DNA from: an uncultured virus (IMG/VR IMGVR_UViG_3300009105_000005)
Taxonomy: Duplodnaviria > Heunggongvirae > Uroviricota > Caudoviricetes
DNA: 64,000 nucleotides
Strand: one strand, 5' to 3'
Virus record (IMG/VR): IMGVR_UViG_3300009105_000005
Coordinates: 1 to 64,000 of that record
The notes under the pieces were generated by a model. That model had not been told where the DNA came from. It searched no databases and was given only the letters and a program-made list of their open reading frames with translations. Both the position numbers and the translations under genes were made by a program. Below are positions 20,821 through 30,578 of this stretch, piece after piece. The stretch's first letter is position 1. Each line of letters starts with the position of its first letter.

Positions 20821-20849
20821 TTGAAAACATCACAATAATCTGGTATAAA
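20821..20849 (+). promoter_or_regulatory. Sigma70-like promoter
   Basis: TTGAAA-N17-TATAAA. Confidence 0.45.
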
Positions 20850-21055
20850 AAATTGTTTGCTGGTCCAATGTGACCGGAATCAAATTATAATAACGCGTTC
20901 ACGATTTTGGTTCGTAATCTTTAAATTCGTGCAATTCACCATTTAGGCAAGGGATCGTCAGTTTTACAAGCCAATAAAAACTGAAGATAATCTCAATTAA
21001 TCACAAGCTCAATGATATTTGCTTTTCTGCCATGATATCTAAATTCATACAATAC

Positions 21056-21180
21056 ATAGGTCACGAAGCAAAATTGTCGAGGAAGCAACCAGATATCAGA
21101 CGAAAGCTATAATAGCTCTGCTCGATCATCGAACGGTCGGAGAAGCTGCCGAAGCTGTCGGTATGGACTAAAGTATTCTG
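21056..21180 (+). pseudogene. Degraded HTH gene remnant
   Basis: GHEAKLSRKQ, then a frame change to KAIIALLDHRTVGEAAEAVGMD*. Resembles the N-terminus of a small mobile-element HTH family. Confidence 0.45.
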
Positions 21181-21275
21181 AAGACTGAAGAGGAAGGATT
21201 GTTGAAAGTTATATTGGCTTAATCTAAATTATTTGATGTGTGAATCTGAATTATTAAAATTCTAAGGGGGATTTT

Positions 21276-21554
21276 ATGGCTACAAAACAAAAACGAACTT
21301 CAACTGAAATAGCATATGAAATATTGAAACGAAAAAAGCGCCCAATGAGGACAAGTGAAATAATTAACATTGCAATTAACGATTTTGGTCTTGTTATGAA
21401 AGGTAAAACTCCTGATGCAACATTGAATTCTAATTTTATTAACGAAAGAAAAAGAAGAGAGAAATCAAATAGAGAACAGAGGTTTGTGCGAGTGTCACCA
21501 GGAAAGTGGGGATTATTGGAATATATAGGAAGACATTATAATATTGAATATTAG
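21276..21554 (+). CDS. HARE-HTH (winged helix) domain protein
   Basis: IAYEILK..PM..EII..GKTPDATL..RFVRVSPGKWGL signature. Confidence 0.8.
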   Translation: MATKQKRTSTEIAYEILKRKKRPMRTSEIINIAINDFGLVMKGKTPDATLNSNFINERKRREKSNREQRFVRVSPGKWGLLEYIGRHYNIEY

Positions 21555-21667
21555 ATAGAAGTGAAACTTGATCTCTTTAAATTGCAATAAATATCCCAAC
21601 TATAATAAAAGTTGAGATAGTCTCAACAAATCACTGGTTGTCGCAAACACGGGATAAGTTAAGGTAT

Positions 21668-24600
21668 TCAAAGATGTAGACTAAGGAGTTTTTTTCTAAT
21701 TTCCTTTAGCTCTTTTTCCTTTTTAACAACCTCTTTATAGAAAGTGTTTAAGTCTTTTGGAATTTGTATTCCGAACGAATCGACCTTATCAAAATCTAAA
21801 TTGTTGATATTTTGCCCTCTTAGACTCCATATGTATTTTCGAAATCTTAATGACATAAGCCTGTAAAACACAGCTTTAGCAATTTTCAAATCTCTGAATC
21901 GATAAATACCTAAAAATCCACCTATCACATACTCGGGATAATCAACATCTACCCATGCCACCTTGCCTAAATGTGTTAGGCTTCCGCTCGCATTAGAAAT
22001 TATAATGTCATTTTTTTTGGGCTTTAGTTCACTGGGCACCGGATAGCCCTCTTTCAGGTAAATCATTTTATCCTCTAAAACAATGGAGGCTGATTTAAGG
22101 TCTAAATTACTGGCGGTAAGGACCCGATTTTTTGTCTCATATGGAACCTCAGCTTCAGTTTTGTTGTAAATTAACCCACTATCATAAAAAAGCTTGTCCG
22201 AAGATAAAAGCTTTTTCAAGGAAAGCTTTTTCTGTTTGTAATTATCAATAAAGTCTCCGAACGGGCTATTACTTTCAATTTTTATTCTGTTTGAAGTGAA
22301 ATGTTTAGAAGGATTATCAATGATTAGACTATTACTAAATTTGATAAGAGACGCTATGTTTTTATATTGAAGATGTTTTTCAACCTCTTCATTAATGTCA
22401 TGTGTATTTCCAACAAATGCCTCTCGTATATAGAATGCGACTTTCGTTTCTTCGTGTTTTCTATTTGATGAAAACATTTTGGTGGCGATAGAGCCGTCGT
22501 CGTTGTATAGAATTTCTAATCCCTCCTGTCCACGAGATTTAGAAAACCTATAGCCCAAATAATCCTCCTGCTCCTTTTTTTCGCCAGAATAAGAAATTAC
22601 AATAGATGACTCTTTGTTTAAAATATAAATCAAAAAAAGATAAAATTCGGCTGGCAGTCCGTTGCCAATAATTTTTTTATAAACATTATCCTTTTTTAAA
22701 GATTTTAATAAAGATGCAAGAGGCTTTAAAATTGATAGTACATCATCAACTTTAAATGATGATTCTTGGCAGAATTCATTTAATAATGCGTTTTTTGGGC
22801 CAGCTTGAATTGATTTTAAAAGCTTACCGGTAGCATTTATAACATCAGATTTTTTACGTTTTTTAGCAAACATACCAACTGTTGTTGTATTCGTTGGCTT
22901 GAAAGTTTTGTCGCGTAGTTCAACGATTCCCTTTATTTCGAAAAATATTAAGAGGAGGCGACGAGCCTGTATATATACGCGGTTTTCATTGTTTAATATG
23001 CTTAAAGGCAGAATAATGCCAAGAAAGCCACCTTCTTTAAGTAATTGAAATGATCTTTCAACAAAAAAGCATTCAATTTCGCTGCTTTTTGGAGAAACTA
23101 ATGGGAAGAAATTAAAATCAGATTTGCCATTACGGAGGTCTTTTTTAAATCCGCTTACTGAAAAAGGTGGATTAGAAACTAAAATATCAAAAACGTCATT
23201 AGTTTGTTTTTTCTTCTTTGTTGATAAAAGCCCCATGAACTTTTTTGATTTGCGAAATGAATCAAGTGCATCAGAGTTCAGTACAATTGCGTCTCCATCG
23301 CCGTTTAGAAATAAGGCAATTTTTGTCGTTTTTGCCAGTCTATAGTCTTTTTCGATGCCATAAATATAATCTTTAGCCCAGTAGAAATCATTTTTTATTG
23401 CCAAAAAATGTTTTTGTGTACGACCAACAAGTCTCTTGTAATCAAGATTTTGTATGAAATATTCGATTTCATCAATAGATTCTGTAAGAAAGTGGCCGGC
23501 GCCACAAGCGTGATCAATTAATGCTGGCAAGATATCAGGCTTTTTATCAGAAATATTATTTTCAATTAAATGTTCAACCGGAATAGACCTTATAAAAAAC
23601 CGGGACAAGGGGGTCGGCGTGAAGAACTGGCCGGCCTCTTGCTTAATTCCCGTGTTTAATAGGTCCTCAAAAAAGTCCCCTAAAAATTGGTGTTTTTTTG
23701 TATATTTAATCTGGTATTTTTGTAATAGTTCCACAATCTCTTTTACGATTGCAAAATTTTCTTCATAAGATTCCTTGTTGTAAATATCGATAAATGCGAA
23801 CTCTGAATAAGGCGAAAAATATTGATCATCAATTGATACACCGAGATAATCTTTAATTCCTTTTGAATATAAATCCGACAGCCGGTCAATCAGAGACTGT
23901 AAAGTATCGTTCGGCTTCCATTGAAAATCAACAACATCATCAAGATTATGGGTATCCTCATCATAAATTTTACAAGCGAAAAGGTTAAATATTTTATTAA
24001 ATGCATTAGACTTATCAGAAACAGCATGCCTTCTTAGAATTTCTGCGAAGCTGTTAAACAATCCCCTGCCGGTATCTTGGTCCAGCTCTTTTAAGTCACT
24101 TATTTTCAGGTGTTTCTGTTTGAGGCTATATGGCGAGGCAGCACTTTCAAAAATACTGCCAGAAACAAAAGATTTATTCCAGGATCTATGTAGTTCCTCT
24201 GAGTTTGAGCCTTTTAATGGTTTTGCATCTATAGTTACGGCAAGAAATTCAATTGGAGGACCAATTTTAGATGCATAAAGTATGAGGAAATTAGTGGACT
24301 TCTCTTGTATAAAATAGCTAAAGAGCTGGCCACCATCCTCAAGAATTTTGTTTCTTTCCTTTTCAAACTCTTCATCCCATGTTTTACATTCAATCATAGA
24401 AAACACTTGCTTTTTTCTGTCTCTTACGAGGATATCTAAACGGCCACTCGTGCCGTGACCTGATTTCCATGTCTTTTCTAATTCAATCGATTCAGGAAGG
24501 TAGCCTTTTTTCAACAAACGGATAATACATTCCAAGATCACTAAATTTTCTGATTTAGAGAGATTATTAGTTGTTTTTCTCCAAACCGTTATTTTGTCGC

Positions 24601-24730
24601 CATAGTCAATCTTTGACTTTTTAGGAGATGATTCGTTATAAAGAATTCTTAACTCATATTTATTGATTTTCTGAGATAGGGTTCCATTCTTTTTTTGCTT
24701 GAAGCCAAGAGTTTTAAGTAAATCCTTCAT
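21668..24730 (-). CDS. Fused restriction-modification enzyme (type IIG-like: PD-(D/E)xK nuclease, N6-adenine MTase, TRD)
   Basis: DILV..IECK, GQFFTP, DHACGAGHFL, NPPF, and a C-terminal HsdS-like region (NDIII..GKVA). Strongly AT-rich. Confidence 0.85.
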   Translation of the reverse strand: MKDLLKTLGFKQKKNGTLSQKINKYELRILYNESSPKKSKIDYGDKITVWRKTTNNLSKSENLVILECIIRLLKKGYLPESIELEKTWKSGHGTSGRLDILVRDRKKQVFSMIECKTWDEEFEKERNKILEDGGQLFSYFIQEKSTNFLILYASKIGPPIEFLAVTIDAKPLKGSNSEELHRSWNKSFVSGSIFESAASPYSLKQKHLKISDLKELDQDTGRGLFNSFAEILRRHAVSDKSNAFNKIFNLFACKIYDEDTHNLDDVVDFQWKPNDTLQSLIDRLSDLYSKGIKDYLGVSIDDQYFSPYSEFAFIDIYNKESYEENFAIVKEIVELLQKYQIKYTKKHQFLGDFFEDLLNTGIKQEAGQFFTPTPLSRFFIRSIPVEHLIENNISDKKPDILPALIDHACGAGHFLTESIDEIEYFIQNLDYKRLVGRTQKHFLAIKNDFYWAKDYIYGIEKDYRLAKTTKIALFLNGDGDAIVLNSDALDSFRKSKKFMGLLSTKKKKQTNDVFDILVSNPPFSVSGFKKDLRNGKSDFNFFPLVSPKSSEIECFFVERSFQLLKEGGFLGIILPLSILNNENRVYIQARRLLLIFFEIKGIVELRDKTFKPTNTTTVGMFAKKRKKSDVINATGKLLKSIQAGPKNALLNEFCQESSFKVDDVLSILKPLASLLKSLKKDNVYKKIIGNGLPAEFYLFLIYILNKESSIVISYSGEKKEQEDYLGYRFSKSRGQEGLEILYNDDGSIATKMFSSNRKHEETKVAFYIREAFVGNTHDINEEVEKHLQYKNIASLIKFSNSLIIDNPSKHFTSNRIKIESNSPFGDFIDNYKQKKLSLKKLLSSDKLFYDSGLIYNKTEAEVPYETKNRVLTASNLDLKSASIVLEDKMIYLKEGYPVPSELKPKKNDIIISNASGSLTHLGKVAWVDVDYPEYVIGGFLGIYRFRDLKIAKAVFYRLMSLRFRKYIWSLRGQNINNLDFDKVDSFGIQIPKDLNTFYKEVVKKEKELKEIRKKLLSLHL

Positions 24731-25218
24731 AATATTTTACCCCTTAAAAAGCTATCTCGATCCAACAAAAGAATTCATGCATCAGGTCAGGTTAAGTACG
24801 AAGTTCGAATAATTAAAAATCATATATATCATCAAATGTATAACGTCAAATCTTAATTCTATTGAGTTGTTAGCGGTTAATCCACTATATCTGGTGGTTA
24901 AGCCAAATTAGGTTGGATTGCTGGTTTCTGATGATATCACAGCTTTCATTTAGTTCTAAAAACTGTGCTTTCTCCAACTTATCACGGCGCGCATGGATAA
25001 AATTCAAATCTTCAATTTAGCCTGATTGAAGGTTACTGCCTTGAACCGCAAACTTCGGCGACCTCAATATTGGAATCGATGGGGATGCCGAATCTTCAAT
25101 TTATAAAATCCGCCAAATTTAATCGTATGCGATTTGTGATACGGTCAAAAAGCGGAAAAGTAGCTGGTGTTGATACGTAATGGATAGCTAATAGTGTCGG
25201 ATTTGGTTTGAACTAAAA

Positions 25219-25458
25219 TTACAAAATATCCTTATTGTTGAAATATAAAAGTTGACATGATTTTCTGCTAAGACCGAACCAATGGTCTTCTTTTGTTTTA
25301 GCTACGGCAAAGCAGGGAATATCACATGGATTGCCGTTGATTCTGGCATATAGTCCGCAATCTGGATTTTCCTTAATGGTGACTATCTTTTCAACTACCG
25401 GATTTTGCTCCATGATCCGTATAAAAAGATCGAGCATTTCTTGTTCTTTGAACGTCAT
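25219..25458 (-). CDS. Hypothetical protein
   Basis: Coupled ORF in minus-strand operon. Confidence 0.5.
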   Translation of the reverse strand: MTFKEQEMLDLFIRIMEQNPVVEKIVTIKENPDCGLYARINGNPCDIPCFAVAKTKEDHWFGLSRKSCQLLYFNNKDIL

Positions 25459-25775
25459 CCACCTACCTTTTTGGTCATTCTAAACGCTACATTTTCGGCC
25501 AGTATTTTACGGCCATCGTCCGATTTAGGGTCAACACCAAGCATGCCCATATATATTTGGGGCTTGGTAATCATGTGTAGCCATTGGTATAATTTGGGCT
25601 TGTGTTTATGTAATAATCTGGCGTATCTAACCGTGTAGAAATGTTTCAAGTAATTTTTGCAAGGCCCGTGAAAAGTTCCAGAAACGATGAATTCCGATTT
25701 AGGAGTCCATTGACCTGTGCCGTCCGTTGTTCCGGCATGTTCATGTGCGCCTTTTAAGAATCGTCTGATGTGCAT
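25455..25775 (-). CDS. Hypothetical protein
   Basis: Coupled ORF. Confidence 0.5.
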   Translation of the reverse strand: MHIRRFLKGAHEHAGTTDGTGQWTPKSEFIVSGTFHGPCKNYLKHFYTVRYARLLHKHKPKLYQWLHMITKPQIYMGMLGVDPKSDDGRKILAENVAFRMTKKVGG

Positions 25776-25996
25776 TATTTTACCAATTCAAGTTTAAAAT
25801 CTGTATAAATACACTCCCATATTGATTCGTTTGTATAGCCGGACAGAACAAAAGATGCTACGTTATCCCTATCATCGACCAATGCTATAAATTGCTCCCC
25901 GATATGAAAAGGGCCGTGTTGCTTTACAACCATAGCCCTTTCATCGGCATGGTCAAGAAGCTGAGTATAGCCATATTCTAAATTCTTAATAAACAT
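25775..25996 (-). CDS. Hypothetical protein
   Basis: Coupled ORF. Confidence 0.5.
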   Translation of the reverse strand: MFIKNLEYGYTQLLDHADERAMVVKQHGPFHIGEQFIALVDDRDNVASFVLSGYTNESIWECIYTDFKLELVK

Positions 25997-25997
25997 T

Positions 25998-27317
25998 TTA
26001 TCCTACCTCAATTTGAACGATTTCGCCAAAAGGCGGAGTTTCTGCCCAATCACTGTCGCCGACTTTTGCCCATAGAACCGGAAAATCCGGATGCTGTTTT
26101 GGAAATCGGCTGCATTCAAGATCAGTAAAGACAATCAAGAATTTGGGACTTTCTCCGGTTTGTTTTTCAATTTCGTAGATATTTTCAAAAATTGGCACAA
26201 AATCAGTACCACCACCCGCCTGAGTTTCTAAAACCACGGGGACATCCTCATGGGTGTAAACTTTAGTATCTTTGTGTTTAACATCAGTATCAAAAAACCG
26301 AACAGTCAGTTCAATTTGCGGAAATTCTTCAAGAACATTTGAAATTTCAGCACCAAATTGTGCCAGTTCCTTATCATAAACACTACCGGAAGCATCAACA
26401 TCACATTCAGCTTTGAGTAAATCCAGCCCGGCAGCCAAACTTGGGAGTATTAAACCTTGCGGAAAATACCGGCGGTTTGGTCTCATCCAAGTATAATCAC
26501 CATAAGTCGTTTTTTCGACAAATTCCCGAAGCACATCCCGCCAGTCTTGTGACGGCTCAAGTAGAGATTCAATAATACGCTCTATGCCGCCCGGGAGATC
26601 GCCCATTTGTTTTGCGGTTTGGGCAGCTTGCATAGCTGCAATCTTCCAATCCTGTTCAGAATTAGCTTTTTCCGAATTTGAAGCCTGAGCAGAGTTGGTT
26701 TGTGACGGGAGATCTCTGACTTCGCCGTTTGGAAATTCTTCTTGGCCTTGATCGTCCTGGTCGTTTTGATCTTGGTCGTCCTGATTTTGGTCACCCTGGT
26801 CATCATTATCATCACCATCACCAGAGCCGCTTCCGTTTCCGCCCGAACAACCGTCCATACAATCATCACCGTCCGGATCCGGCTGTTGGTCTTCGTTATC
26901 TCCTTCCGGATCATCGGGTAGCTTGGCATAGACATTTTCAACGTGATCTTTAACATAGCTAAGATCTATATTGTCTTCATTTGGTAGAACAAATTTGGCT
27001 TTTTTGATGATGGCTTCGGCTATAAGATTGCAAGCCTTTTTCCATTTATTTTCATCTCGATTTCCCCTGCGAACGTGATGGCCGAGAATCAAGTGAATGA
27101 CAGACTTAGCCATTAAAGCTTTAACATTTTGCAATGAAAGGTCTTTAATAGCCTGCGGATTATAACCGAATGAAACTCCATTTGTGTAAACAGATTCACA
27201 GGTTGGGTCTTCATGGACTTTCATCTTTAAACAAAGACTTCCGAAAAACGGTTGATCCAATACAAGGCCAGTACGGGCTTTAAGTGCTTTTTGCTGAATT
27301 TCGTCTATATATTTCAT
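25998..27317 (-). CDS. DUF2201-type metallopeptidase-like / VWA protein
   Basis: PFFGSL, H-x4-H, acidic linker, WMRPNRR, DASGS MIDAS, GGGTDF and VFTD. Confidence 0.85.
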   Translation of the reverse strand: MKYIDEIQQKALKARTGLVLDQPFFGSLCLKMKVHEDPTCESVYTNGVSFGYNPQAIKDLSLQNVKALMAKSVIHLILGHHVRRGNRDENKWKKACNLIAEAIIKKAKFVLPNEDNIDLSYVKDHVENVYAKLPDDPEGDNEDQQPDPDGDDCMDGCSGGNGSGSGDGDDNDDQGDQNQDDQDQNDQDDQGQEEFPNGEVRDLPSQTNSAQASNSEKANSEQDWKIAAMQAAQTAKQMGDLPGGIERIIESLLEPSQDWRDVLREFVEKTTYGDYTWMRPNRRYFPQGLILPSLAAGLDLLKAECDVDASGSVYDKELAQFGAEISNVLEEFPQIELTVRFFDTDVKHKDTKVYTHEDVPVVLETQAGGGTDFVPIFENIYEIEKQTGESPKFLIVFTDLECSRFPKQHPDFPVLWAKVGDSDWAETPPFGEIVQIEVG

Positions 27318-27319
27318 TG

Positions 27320-27706
27320 TTAGCTCTGCTTTACTGCAATTATGTGATATTGAGGCTGTACGTTATCTTTTAACCAAGTTTCTCCGGCCATATTGAGTAT
27401 CTTTTTGTATGTTTCCTGATCTGGTGGCGTGTCTACTTTTTGTGGCGGTATAGTAATAACGGTATCAAGCGCACAGAGGGCTGTTTGAGATGCCGGATCC
27501 ATAAATGTGTAGGATATCTTTACGGTTATTTCGTTTGTTAAATATTTGCCTTTTAATTTCGGGTCTTCCTTTTTTACAGTTAAGATAATTATTGCAACAA
27601 CAACCAAGGATCCAATAGCAATTACTGTAGCTGCGGTGAATTCAAACTGTGCAAGAATTGCAGCGGCTATCATTAAAACAATAGCCGCTATTTCTCTTTT
27701 TTTCAT
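27320..27706 (-). CDS. Membrane protein, two N-terminal TM helices
   Basis: Hydrophobic N-terminal segments. Confidence 0.55.
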   Translation of the reverse strand: MKKREIAAIVLMIAAAILAQFEFTAATVIAIGSLVVVAIIILTVKKEDPKLKGKYLTNEITVKISYTFMDPASQTALCALDTVITIPPQKVDTPPDQETYKKILNMAGETWLKDNVQPQYHIIAVKQS

Positions 27707-28635
27707 GCGGCCTCTTTTTGATTTTGTTCAACGGGTCCGGTGTAAAAACTCATTTTCTGGCCAATGTCGTCCAGAAGTTCCTGGCCTTTCTGGACAGTAA
27801 CTTCCCTCACGGCTTCACTCTCACGAATATCCTCAACGGAAATTTTGCCAAGTTTATCCATAATTTCCTTATGAAGCTCTGAAAGGCCGTAATTATTATT
27901 GATATTGAGTTTTGGCAAGAGAGCGGCAAGATCGGTAATGTTCGTAAGTGCCGTGTATGAAAAACTCTTATAGATCGTTTCGCCGGTTTTCTTATCTTTC
28001 TTGGTAGCTGTAAGCCTGCCAATCATATCTTCGATAACATTTTGAAGCCGATTGTAAAGATCTGTCGTTATGTTAAGCTGATTTTCGTTTTCTTGCCTTC
28101 TGACATCATCCTTAATCCGGTCGATTATGGATTCAGACAGTTTAATCCTAAAATCATCAGCGGATTCAATAGGTGTAATAGATACCCTAAAATCAAATTT
28201 GTCTTCAAGTTCCCTGAGCGAAGGATATTCACTTTGATTATACATTGATCCCAGGGTGCTCTTTTCATCGATAACAATAGCCGGATATTTCTGTTTAAAC
28301 TCGGCAACCGCAAGATCAAAATCTTGATGAAGCCTTCGCATTTCAGCGGTATATTCATCAACCATGCTGGCCGGAAGTACCCGTTCGCCATCTTGTCCCC
28401 ATGGAAGCGTGACTTCCCTGTGGAATTTCCTGGCTTCGGTTTCAATGTCCCTGATAGGTTTGAGATGCTTTTTGGATACCATGTTTTTGCGGTAAGTACC
28501 GGCATCTTGCTTGGCGCCTTGTTGTAAATGCGTGGCTTTTGTAGCTTCTTTATCTTCCTTTTTTGCAGGCCAGCAACTAACATTGAGTTTGACCTTAATG
28601 GCAACTTCTTGAATTGCTGATATACGATCGTCCAT
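27703..28635 (-). CDS. Conserved phage coiled-coil protein (DUF3150-like)
   Basis: TLPWGQDGERVLP, YNQSEYPS and LLPKLNI motifs. Lies between the AAA and VWA genes. Confidence 0.6.
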   Translation of the reverse strand: MDDRISAIQEVAIKVKLNVSCWPAKKEDKEATKATHLQQGAKQDAGTYRKNMVSKKHLKPIRDIETEARKFHREVTLPWGQDGERVLPASMVDEYTAEMRRLHQDFDLAVAEFKQKYPAIVIDEKSTLGSMYNQSEYPSLRELEDKFDFRVSITPIESADDFRIKLSESIIDRIKDDVRRQENENQLNITTDLYNRLQNVIEDMIGRLTATKKDKKTGETIYKSFSYTALTNITDLAALLPKLNINNNYGLSELHKEIMDKLGKISVEDIRESEAVREVTVQKGQELLDDIGQKMSFYTGPVEQNQKEAA

Positions 28636-28653
28636 TTACTTGCTCCTTATTTT

Positions 28654-29724
28654 TTAGGTTAATACATCTTCGTGATCAACAACCCACTCGATATAAGCGC
28701 GGGTTTCTTTTAATGTTTCATCATTGACCAGAGCATCCCGCATCATCATTACTGAAAAATCATCGGGGAACCGATTGGCTAATGTGACAAATCTTTCCAT
28801 ATTGTTATGTGAAGCTTTTTTGGAAACAGCAGCGCCTAGTGCATAGAGAACAGAAGGCTTGTCGTCAAAGCTCGGAATGTCCACAAGGTGCGGGTTCATC
28901 AAACACCAATCGGGATCGGGCAGATCCCTGAATACATCGAGGAATGCAATAAATTCCGTTGCAAAACCCTCTCCGGCGGCTCCGGCATAAGTTACAAATT
29001 CAATCTCTTTAGGAATTCCTGTTTTGTAAAGCGTGCCGACATTTTCAACTGTCCGTGGACACGGTGAATTGGTCAGGTCTGCGGTAGGCTCAAACTGAAA
29101 AAGCATATCATTTTTCCACCGAATAAAATGGATAAGCTCTGTGGGTATTCCAGCTTGTAAAGCCCATTCAATCCAATCGGGAGCGTGAACTATAAGTTCA
29201 ACGATCGTTGCAAACCTTGACTTGACCGGTTCCAATATACCTGCGACTCCGGCTTTGTCTTTCTTGCGATTAGTGGCAGCCATAAATGTAACGTGCTTCG
29301 AAATATCATGGCCATTAATCTTTCTGGCCAAAAGCAACTGCATGGCTGCTGCCTGAACCGCCGGAGCTGCCTGTCCTAAATCATCCAGAAAATAAATCGT
29401 TGGTTCTGTGACATCGATAGCAGCCTTTAGATTGCCAAAAGGCAAAAAAGTGGCATATTCTTTGCCGTTTTCGTCCGTAAGAACATACGGCATGCCTTTA
29501 TAATCAACCGGATCGTCAACTACCGGATGGCTCAAAATGACATGGGCATTGTTCCTTCTAGCAGCCTCATAGACCAATTCAGTCTTACCAATGCCCGGAG
29601 CGCCTTTAATCAAAATCGACATGCAATGCTTGACACCTATCGTTAAAAGCTGAATCATCTGTTTCGGGGTTAATCCAGTTTGAATACTTTTGCCAATATC
29701 TTCATTGTCCATTACATCGTTCAT
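28654..29724 (-). CDS. MoxR-like AAA+ ATPase
   Basis: GAPGIGKT Walker A, FLDDLGQA Walker B, AATNR and SRF. Confidence 0.9.
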   Translation of the reverse strand: MNDVMDNEDIGKSIQTGLTPKQMIQLLTIGVKHCMSILIKGAPGIGKTELVYEAARRNNAHVILSHPVVDDPVDYKGMPYVLTDENGKEYATFLPFGNLKAAIDVTEPTIYFLDDLGQAAPAVQAAAMQLLLARKINGHDISKHVTFMAATNRKKDKAGVAGILEPVKSRFATIVELIVHAPDWIEWALQAGIPTELIHFIRWKNDMLFQFEPTADLTNSPCPRTVENVGTLYKTGIPKEIEFVTYAGAAGEGFATEFIAFLDVFRDLPDPDWCLMNPHLVDIPSFDDKPSVLYALGAAVSKKASHNNMERFVTLANRFPDDFSVMMMRDALVNDETLKETRAYIEWVVDHEDVLT

Positions 29725-29777
29725 TTAAACCTCACTTGAATTGATTTTTGATTCATAACAAAAAAGATTGTTTTTAA

Positions 29778-30227
29778 TTATAGCCATTGCCTGCCATTCC
29801 AAATTTCAAACGGCAAATGACAAAACTTAATCGATACTTCGGTGTAACAAATTCCCCATTCATCAGTATTGGCACCCCATTTCTCTGCGTACCTTTCCAG
29901 TTCAAATGCCAATTTTTTCGTAATTCCGCTATGCTTCTTGTGATCATCCCATGATACGAGTGATACCTTTTGAGTGTCGAGTTCAATTCTGACCGGCAGA
30001 ATTTGATGATAGGACTTGCTGTGCTTATAAAGGGAATCGCGTGAAAATAATTCGGAAATTCCTTTTTTTGTTAACAGGCTTTTTCTAACTGTTTGTTCCC
30101 AATCCGAATTAGAAGAAAACCATACAGCAGGTAATTCAGACTTGTTGTACGGATTGGCAAATTTGATCTTCCCATCAGTAATTATGCTTGTAATTTTTTC
30201 CCATAAAGTATAATGCCAATAATTCAT
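29778..30227 (-). CDS. Hypothetical protein
   Basis: WHYT..I..G..VWFS..WE pattern (ART-like fold possible). Confidence 0.5.
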   Translation of the reverse strand: MNYWHYTLWEKITSIITDGKIKFANPYNKSELPAVWFSSNSDWEQTVRKSLLTKKGISELFSRDSLYKHSKSYHQILPVRIELDTQKVSLVSWDDHKKHSGITKKLAFELERYAEKWGANTDEWGICYTEVSIKFCHLPFEIWNGRQWL

Positions 30228-30229
30228 TT

Positions 30230-30487
30230 TTAATCCTCAAATAAACCTTCATAAACACGAACTGCGGTACAAAAAATGTGGCCTTCTGTCCGGCTTGCGA
30301 ATTTTACTAAATGCAATCTTGAATTTGGCATTTTAAGGCATTTGTTTTGCAGTTTCAGCCATTCTTCCTTATTGATAAAATCATCTGCCGGGCTTAAACT
30401 GGAATTACCGATACTGTCCTTAAAACTATTGCGTTCGGTGTCGAGAATATGTTGCGTTAATTCTCTAACTTCATCTAATACTGACAT
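30230..30487 (-). CDS. Hypothetical protein
   Basis: RBS AAGGTGA upstream. Confidence 0.5.
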   Translation of the reverse strand: MSVLDEVRELTQHILDTERNSFKDSIGNSSLSPADDFINKEEWLKLQNKCLKMPNSRLHLVKFASRTEGHIFCTAVRVYEGLFED

Positions 30488-30578
30488 AGTTCACCTTACT
30501 TTCAGTAAGACCATTGGCATAAAACAACGCCGTTACCATTAAAGTAACGACGTTGCTTGTTAAATAACGACGATATTT

